From positions 1 through 47,858 of IMG/VR virus record IMGVR_UViG_3300003309_000009: a stretch of DNA of 47,858 bases; one strand, written 5' to 3'. The position numbers and the translations under genes are program-made. Positions 38,874 through 45,524 of this stretch are shown piece after piece (position 1 is the first letter of the stretch; every line of letters begins with the position of its first letter). The DNA comes from a virus. A model generated the notes under the pieces. The model saw nothing but the letters and a program-made list of their open reading frames with translations. It was not told where the DNA came from and made no database searches.

Positions 38874-39689
38874 ATGTTAAAGCCATATTTTAAATTTATT
38901 GTACCTGTTTTAATCCTACTGATCATTGAGTCGGTGAGTGCTATGGGAACTACCCCGCCAGTTACTCCAGAACTTGATACAGTGGTCTTAGAGCAGGATG
39001 TTGAAGAAAACCTTCCTACCACTAAGGTTGTGGTAGAAAACCTCTCAGAGGCCGTTACAGAAGCTCCTCTTGGATCTATTGAAGAGACAGAGGCGGTAGA
39101 GCAACAAGTGGAAGAGGAGGTTCAAGTTGTAGTGCAGACACCGGCTAAAATTGGTCGATATGAAACGCGCTACAATGACTCTTTTCGTAAGTACACAAAA
39201 ATGTATCTACCCATGCATTCGTGGCACCTTTTGGCAGCTCAGTGTTATCAGGAGTCGTTACTCCAGCCAGATGCTGTTTCGCCAGTAGGGGCTATGGGCC
39301 TTTGTCAATTTATGCCAGGTACCTGGAAAGATGTTTCACGGCAACTAAAATTTCCAGAGGATGCTACAGCGTTTGATCCAGATTTTGCAGTAATGGCGGC
39401 AGCTTATTATAACTACCGCTTACGCAAGACATGGAAGGCAGAGCGCCCTGAGTTTGATAGAATGAATTTAGTATTTGCAAGCTATAATGCAGGTAGTGGT
39501 CACCTGATCAATGCCCAGAAATTATGCTTTGCTGCTAAGAAGAATGGCGATGATCATCTACAATGTAACTTACACAGCGATATTGAAGCCTTTCTTCATC
39601 TAATCACAGGGCATCATTCTAAAGAAACGAAAACGTATGTACGTCGCATAAGACGCTGGGAGAAAGAGTTATTAATTCTTCAACCTTGA
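38874..39689 (+). CDS. Lytic transglycosylase (SLT family), probable endolysin
   Basis: QES catalytic Glu, AVSPVGAMGLCQFMPGTW, ASYNAG, ETKTYV; N-terminal signal-like segment. Confidence 0.92.
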   Translation: MLKPYFKFIVPVLILLIIESVSAMGTTPPVTPELDTVVLEQDVEENLPTTKVVVENLSEAVTEAPLGSIEETEAVEQQVEEEVQVVVQTPAKIGRYETRYNDSFRKYTKMYLPMHSWHLLAAQCYQESLLQPDAVSPVGAMGLCQFMPGTWKDVSRQLKFPEDATAFDPDFAVMAAAYYNYRLRKTWKAERPEFDRMNLVFASYNAGSGHLINAQKLCFAAKKNGDDHLQCNLHSDIEAFLHLITGHHSKETKTYVRRIRRWEKELLILQP

Positions 39690-39701
39690 TTTACTATATC
39701 T

Positions 39702-39727
39702 AGAGGATAGCTTAATTGCTATCCTCT
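39702..39727 (+). terminator. Intrinsic terminator
   Basis: AGAGGATAGC-N6-GCTATCCTCT plus TTTT. Confidence 0.85.
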
Positions 39728-39742
39728 TTTTAGGCAAAAAAA

Positions 39743-39768
39743 ATAGAGAGCCCCATGGGGCTCTCTAT
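39743..39768 (-). terminator. Intrinsic terminator (perfect 26-bp palindrome)
   Basis: ATAGAGAGCCCCATGGGGCTCTCTAT plus T-run on the minus strand. Confidence 0.9.
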
Positions 39769-39784
39769 ACCGAGATGGTTATAA

Positions 39785-41659
39785 TTAAAACTCACCGATC
39801 TCTTTTGTTTCAGGATCAAACCATTCCACCTTACCAGCACGAGTCCTTGATTTACGCATACTAGTCTTCATGCTATTAACAGAACTGAGCTTATAGCCAA
39901 GACTAATAATAACACGATCGTTCTCACAAAATACCGAGTGGAAGCAGTAGTTTTCAAACTGTTGCTTATTTACAACGTTAAAACGACCACTATGTTCCGA
40001 CAGTGTTTTTATGAGATCATCATCGCTGCCTACAGGAGAGACAATAAAGCAGACGTTTGGACGGGTAACTTTTTTCAAACAGTCATCCTTGAAACTATAG
40101 CTATAATACTCCGGAGGAGTAGTACTCATTGTCGGTGCGCAAGACTTTAAGATGTGAGAAAGATAGCGATGATCGGTATCGATGTCGATTACTACCTTAA
40201 CATCTTTACCATTCGCCCGGATGTAGTTATAGTAAACTTCATCTTCTTCACGATCCTCCCGTGGTAGCACTATCAAATCGCGGTAATCATCTACTGCTAA
40301 CTCAACCACACGAGCTAGGCAATGCGAAGCTCTTGGTAGTGCTATATATGTAGATGGCGTTAATTCTGTTAAGTAATTAACAACCTGCTGATTACCCCAG
40401 CCATACTTAATAGCCTGAATGGTTAGATAGCGGACAATCGCATAGGTCACACGAATATCATCCTTACCAAATAGTTTGCCTTCACAAAGTGCTTTGATAT
40501 ACGGTAAACCAGATGGACTATTAGCATACGGAGCAAAGATCTCAATGAATGCATTCAGTAGGTCCTGATAAGGAAGCTCAGGATTTTTCGGTTGATAAGC
40601 ATCCTCTGGCACATAGAACTTCAATGTTTCTACACCCAGGTTAAGACGATGGAATAAACCAATGCTGATTTTATCACCGCCGTTAATCTTAACACCGTTG
40701 GAATGTACCATGCAGTGAATAGGTGAATCACCTTTTAACTGACTCACCTGGTGGATCGCGCCTAGCGCTACAGCTACATCTGTAAGAAACTTATTACGGG
40801 AAATTACCGCATCTGTGATAATGTTCTTACCGCGTTTTACAAACTCACGGAAGTCATCAAAATCAGACCATTTATCTTTCCAATTTTCATAAATGTCCCA
40901 TAGACATGCTGCTGTAGAATCTACCTGCTTTTCCAACTCAAACCCACAAAGATCTAGGATGACGTTACCACCACTGATCGTAATAAGTTCAGCTAGATCA
41001 CTTTCGCTATATAGCGAATGGCCACGCACTGGATGGATTACTATTGGATCGTTATCATCTAGGGAATTCCAATCTATCAGACGGATTTCAGAGGGGATAT
41101 AATCCAATAGCTTGCTAATGGCTTTACCATCGTTACCACGACGGGTAGCAGCCTTGATGATATCAACTAACTGCTGTACGGTTTTGGGATTTCTCATATT
41201 AATTTCAATACGATCGATCTCTATAGCATCATCCAGTAGCCACTTGATAAATAGTGGTAGATTGGTGAAGCTGGTCACTTCATTGGAATCGATGAAACAT
41301 TGCACCGAGTCTATGTTAATTTTCACAACATATGCTGACGATACGATGATGTTATCACCAATGGTTATTACACGATCATTTGCTAAAGTGATCTTTTCAA
41401 CTATGTGCGACTGCTGCTCTTCTGATAGAGTGGTCTTTTTGAAATCTTTAATGATACCACATTCAATAACTGAGTAGTCGCTCACTACCGCCCATAAGAA
41501 ATCTTTAATGACTTCTTTATCATCCAACGGTGAATATAAAGTATTCATTCGCTTAACTACATCACCTTTGAACTTTTCAGAACAGTTCGGGTTACTTAAT
41601 GTATGGAGGTAGGTGACAAACTCAGCTACCAGATGTTGCATATTAATATTATGATTCAT
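39785..41659 (-). CDS. Hypothetical protein (624 aa)
   Basis: Start moved to ATG 41659 (AAGGA RBS); the upstream in-frame part overlaps the leader hairpin. Confidence 0.85.
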   Translation of the reverse strand: MNHNINMQHLVAEFVTYLHTLSNPNCSEKFKGDVVKRMNTLYSPLDDKEVIKDFLWAVVSDYSVIECGIIKDFKKTTLSEEQQSHIVEKITLANDRVITIGDNIIVSSAYVVKINIDSVQCFIDSNEVTSFTNLPLFIKWLLDDAIEIDRIEINMRNPKTVQQLVDIIKAATRRGNDGKAISKLLDYIPSEIRLIDWNSLDDNDPIVIHPVRGHSLYSESDLAELITISGGNVILDLCGFELEKQVDSTAACLWDIYENWKDKWSDFDDFREFVKRGKNIITDAVISRNKFLTDVAVALGAIHQVSQLKGDSPIHCMVHSNGVKINGGDKISIGLFHRLNLGVETLKFYVPEDAYQPKNPELPYQDLLNAFIEIFAPYANSPSGLPYIKALCEGKLFGKDDIRVTYAIVRYLTIQAIKYGWGNQQVVNYLTELTPSTYIALPRASHCLARVVELAVDDYRDLIVLPREDREEDEVYYNYIRANGKDVKVVIDIDTDHRYLSHILKSCAPTMSTTPPEYYSYSFKDDCLKKVTRPNVCFIVSPVGSDDDLIKTLSEHSGRFNVVNKQQFENYCFHSVFCENDRVIISLGYKLSSVNSMKTSMRKSRTRAGKVEWFDPETKEIGEF

Positions 41660-41694
41660 AGGAATATTCCTTTTAAGGGTTTTTAATTTACACG

Positions 41695-41718
41695 TGTAGT
41701 ACTTCCTACAGTACCACA
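41695..41718 (-). promoter_or_regulatory. GUAGGA-loop leader hairpin
   Basis: UGUGGUACU-GUAGGA-AGUACUACA. Confidence 0.8.
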
Positions 41719-41794
41719 TTAGTAATATGTCATTAATAAATCATTGAATACAAAAAAATAAAGGGATCCTTCGGGATCCCTTTATAGGTTTATT
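41700..41794 (-). repeat. Terminator-promoter-leader hairpin cassette, copy 2
   Basis: Near-identical to 91-184; promoter motif at 41722-41747, terminator at 41758-41785. Confidence 0.95.
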
Positions 41795-43541
41795 AAATGA
41801 AGATAAAACGATTCTCGATCTCGGTACCAGCGACCTTCATCTTCAAACGACTAACAAATTTCTTTGAATAGCCTTTTTCGATAATAACAATTCTAGAAAA
41901 TGTTTTTAAATACTCCCAAGATTCTAGCTTACCAGATGTAATGGTCGTACTGGTCGATTGATGCCATTCACAATCTTCCCAGGCTTTACCAAGTACCCCA
42001 GAGAGTTTATCTTGTTCCGCAGGCTTTAGATAATAGCTCACAGGTTTAGATTTATCCATATAACTACTATAGATAGCTAATACCTTAGGCTCTTTAGAAG
42101 TCTTTTGGTATTTAATAACACCTGTATAACCTATCTGCTCTAACTTATCACGGATTAACCAATTCCAATTTTGATCAATGTTTTCAGTTGAGCAAACGGC
42201 ATTGGTTACAATGTGAACCTCGTCATAGTGAAATAAGTCTACTAGACCTTCTTCTGGTACTCTTCCTGAAATGAAAGCGTCCCCGCATAAACCACGAGTA
42301 TTAAGAAGCTCCTGTGTGATAGGTTGATTTTCATCCCACGGTTTATGATCGATCATCAGAATACGCTTGGCATCACCAGGCAATGATTCGGCATTGCGAC
42401 TCACAGACATGTGCGTAACCCCTGCATCTACTACCCCTTGAGCATCAACATCGCCTGTTGCGGCTTTATAGATGTCAGTGGTTAGTCTGTCAAGAAGCTC
42501 AGCCAGCCCTTCCTTTCTAGCAATGATTACATTACCATCTGTAATAAGATTACAGAGTAGGCGAGGTGGCTGCTCTGTTCGTCCAGTCAAATCAGGCCAG
42601 TAGTCTAAAGCCCGTCTAAAGAGAGCTAGAAGGTGGTTGTACATTGTACCATTGGTATTTTCAAACTGTGTAACATCAAGGAATAGTGCTGGGCGATAAC
42701 CATCATATTGATCACAAGTGATCAAATGGGAGATAATGTGATTAGCAATGGCTACATGGTCGATCATACGATGTGTATTAGCATCTAAAGACCAGCCGAT
42801 AACATTACTCTGGTTAGCTCTACACAAGTTATAAACGTCGGTAAAAGTTCCAGTTGCATCAAGTGTTTTATTGGTATAAATAAGATCACCAATGTTAATA
42901 TCACTGCCATGGGACATTGAAGATGTAACCCTAACATTAATATCTCTATGATTATCCATACCTTTTAGAATGCTTGTTATTACAGGTAGTGTAATGCTAC
43001 TAATAGATTCTAAATCAATAACCACATCAGTAGCAGAATGACGATATACTTCTTGTAAAATTAATTCTACATAACTACGATGTGGGTCACGATAAGGTTG
43101 ATGTTTATGGACGTTCGTTGTAAATAAAACACCGTTAGCATTTAAAATAAAATTAATTTCATTACGAGGAGATCGGTTCTCTACCCCCGTACTTCTTTCC
43201 ATGTGAACGGGAATTACCAAGTTAGGAATCTCAATAGACTCTACAATGGTATTACCTAATGGATAGTTCATACTGAAATTAATTTTCGTTATACCAACGT
43301 TTGGGTTTGTAAGATTTGAGTTTGTAAGGCCTACAAGAACATATTGTAAAATATTCCAGAAACCACCGTCGGATTTATTCTGAATTTCATTCAATATTAC
43401 ACCGGCATTTAGTTTAACATCATCAGGATGCAAAGGATTTAAAATTACCTTCAACTGTTCTACAGTCTCGCCAACGAATGGCTCGTGGGAATACCATATG
43501 GCTCGCTGAAAAGGACGCTGATGTGGGTTATTTTGATACAT
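41793..43541 (-). CDS. Hypothetical protein (582 aa)
   Basis: Long ORF, TAAGGA RBS. Confidence 0.85.
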   Translation of the reverse strand: MYQNNPHQRPFQRAIWYSHEPFVGETVEQLKVILNPLHPDDVKLNAGVILNEIQNKSDGGFWNILQYVLVGLTNSNLTNPNVGITKINFSMNYPLGNTIVESIEIPNLVIPVHMERSTGVENRSPRNEINFILNANGVLFTTNVHKHQPYRDPHRSYVELILQEVYRHSATDVVIDLESISSITLPVITSILKGMDNHRDINVRVTSSMSHGSDINIGDLIYTNKTLDATGTFTDVYNLCRANQSNVIGWSLDANTHRMIDHVAIANHIISHLITCDQYDGYRPALFLDVTQFENTNGTMYNHLLALFRRALDYWPDLTGRTEQPPRLLCNLITDGNVIIARKEGLAELLDRLTTDIYKAATGDVDAQGVVDAGVTHMSVSRNAESLPGDAKRILMIDHKPWDENQPITQELLNTRGLCGDAFISGRVPEEGLVDLFHYDEVHIVTNAVCSTENIDQNWNWLIRDKLEQIGYTGVIKYQKTSKEPKVLAIYSSYMDKSKPVSYYLKPAEQDKLSGVLGKAWEDCEWHQSTSTTITSGKLESWEYLKTFSRIVIIEKGYSKKFVSRLKMKVAGTEIENRFIFI

Positions 43542-43565
43542 AGTTTTTCCTTATTGAGGGTTTTG

Positions 43566-43589
43566 TTGGTAGTCTCCTACGACTACCAA
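43566..43589 (-). promoter_or_regulatory. GUAGGA-loop leader hairpin
   Basis: UUGGUAGUC-GUAGGA-GACUACCAA, perfect 9-bp stem overlapping the upstream stop codon. Confidence 0.85.
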
Positions 43590-45424
43590 GGTTTACGAAT
43601 AAGATCTGTTGTAAATGTTAGTTCTGGATAATCCGAAGTATAGTTAGCAATGGGTCGGACTTTTGTTATCTGTCGCTTACCATTTTTAATATAACGCTCT
43701 CTACCAATGATTGCTGTTACAAAGTCACCTGCCCCCGGGGATAGTTTATTTTGATTTAAACTATCCAGCGTACGCTTTATAGTACTTCCGGCATAGCGTT
43801 CTACGCTAAGGATAATAATATCGGCCTCTCCTAAAACCATGGCATCGATATGACCTGATCTAATGTATGAAACATCAATTTCTGTATAATCGACATCACA
43901 TGCGTCTGAGTGATAATAATCTAAGAAGCATTCTTCAATTGCAGCATCATAGCCGCCGCTTGAAAACATTTGCATTTCTTCCACTTTTATAACCACATAG
44001 ATTTTACAAGACTTATCTTTAAATGTACCAGATTGTAACTTGGTTAAATTCTCAGACATTTCCTCCGGCAACTTTTGACCATCGGTTAAAATCGTGTGTA
44101 AGTCATCGTGTCGAATAAGATCGTCGATTGTTCCTTTGGAGAATGGCATAGCTTCCTTAATATCCATCAACTCCTCATAGATCTTCTTCGAGAAATATCC
44201 CCACTTACCACGATGATGATCGGTTACCGGTAACGATAGCTTTGGAATCACCATGGTCTTTTTATCAGCTTGGTAATGAGGTTGAACATTTACACCCTCT
44301 TGTTGTTGAAGATCCACATTACCCGTAAGCAAAACCGGATTGCCAGTACAATCATCTCGGATAATTGTAGACATGGGGGTGGTTAATTTTTTAATGTCTT
44401 TTGGGAAAAAGCTATCACTTCTAGCTTGAAAACATTTGATCCAGAACAGACAATCTGCACTAATCCCTAGTGGATTCATAAGTTTTTCCGAAAATAAATC
44501 AATTAATAAAGTATCTGCCGGTAAAGGTAGGTCTCTGAAAACATCCTCCGGTGTTAACTCGGTTGAATCATAGAATACTATGGTCGTAGCCTTAGGGACA
44601 TCATCGCCAGTCTCAATGACAACATGGCGTCTAGCCCTAACCAACAGCTCATCACCATAGTCAGCTAGAACTAAGGCATTGTGTCTTTGGGCATCAAAGT
44701 AAAAATCAGACGGCTCAGCAATAACATAGATAGGATCAACATCTTCAACCGCTGGGTTTAATTCCAGCGTAACATTATCAAATCTATGATCGTTGATGAC
44801 CGCTCTAATTGACCCATCAGAAATCCCTTGTCGCCTAATCTTTTCAGCAATGTCATTAAACATTAAACCAGGAGCTTTGTTATGACAATTAATAATCTGA
44901 ACAACGTCACCTTTATTTGACAAATGTGCTTCTAAAACCTTTCTATAAAAATCACTCAGTGAATTTACAATGTGCTTTACCATAGTGTCGTTGATACACA
45001 GCTGCGTAACAGCGATCAACTCTCCCAACTTTTTAGTCGAAAGATACGTTTCTTTTTCCATGACCATGCGGTTAAGGCAAGAAATCGCAGCTTCCTTATC
45101 ATGGAGTGGGTTATTTTTTAATACTTCGCCAGCGGTATCTTTAAAGACCCCGAATTCATCCAGCGTAATAGCAGAGTTTTCAGGGGATCTTTTCGCTAAG
45201 ATATTATCGGTATTGATATTATGCTTAAATGGATTACCCCTGACTTCAAATGTTTCACTCGGATCAATTACAATGTTATCTCCAATTGTAGATTCTTCAT
45301 TCGACTCTGTTAAACCAAAGAGCTCTACAATTGCTTGAATCTTGTCAGAATACGTTCCTACTTTGCTCATTAGTAGAATAAGTACTTTAACTTGATTGAT
45401 AATTAGTATTTCGATATAGCTCAT
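43583..45424 (-). CDS. Hypothetical protein (613 aa)
   Basis: Long ORF, GAGGA RBS. Confidence 0.85.
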   Translation of the reverse strand: MSYIEILIINQVKVLILLMSKVGTYSDKIQAIVELFGLTESNEESTIGDNIVIDPSETFEVRGNPFKHNINTDNILAKRSPENSAITLDEFGVFKDTAGEVLKNNPLHDKEAAISCLNRMVMEKETYLSTKKLGELIAVTQLCINDTMVKHIVNSLSDFYRKVLEAHLSNKGDVVQIINCHNKAPGLMFNDIAEKIRRQGISDGSIRAVINDHRFDNVTLELNPAVEDVDPIYVIAEPSDFYFDAQRHNALVLADYGDELLVRARRHVVIETGDDVPKATTIVFYDSTELTPEDVFRDLPLPADTLLIDLFSEKLMNPLGISADCLFWIKCFQARSDSFFPKDIKKLTTPMSTIIRDDCTGNPVLLTGNVDLQQQEGVNVQPHYQADKKTMVIPKLSLPVTDHHRGKWGYFSKKIYEELMDIKEAMPFSKGTIDDLIRHDDLHTILTDGQKLPEEMSENLTKLQSGTFKDKSCKIYVVIKVEEMQMFSSGGYDAAIEECFLDYYHSDACDVDYTEIDVSYIRSGHIDAMVLGEADIIILSVERYAGSTIKRTLDSLNQNKLSPGAGDFVTAIIGRERYIKNGKRQITKVRPIANYTSDYPELTFTTDLIRKPW

Positions 45425-45462
45425 GACTATTCCTCTTTTAGATTTCTATTACCTACACATTT

Positions 45463-45488
45463 ATAATGTACAAATATAAAAACGCCGA
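45463..45488 (-). promoter_or_regulatory. Putative early promoter (variant)
   Basis: TCGGCGTTT-N8-GTACATTAT immediately after the portal terminator. Confidence 0.5.
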
Positions 45489-45521
45489 TTTAAAGAGAGT
45501 CCCGGTGGGACTCTCTTTAAA
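45489..45521 (-). terminator. Terminator of the portal gene
   Basis: TTTAAAGAGAGTCCC-N3-GGGACTCTCTTTAAA. Confidence 0.85.
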
Positions 45522-45524
45522 GTG

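Noticed and set aside
41660-41719. N-terminal extension of the 644-aa ORF in the track
   Set aside because: Overlaps the leader hairpin directly after the promoter and has no RBS; ATG 41659 has AAGGA.
643-45338. Many 60-120 aa antisense or nested ORFs in the track
   Set aside because: Contained within longer, better-supported genes and showing shadow-type composition.
45445-45462. GTAGGT after the promoter at 45463-45488
   Set aside because: No complementary flanks, so not counted as a hairpin.
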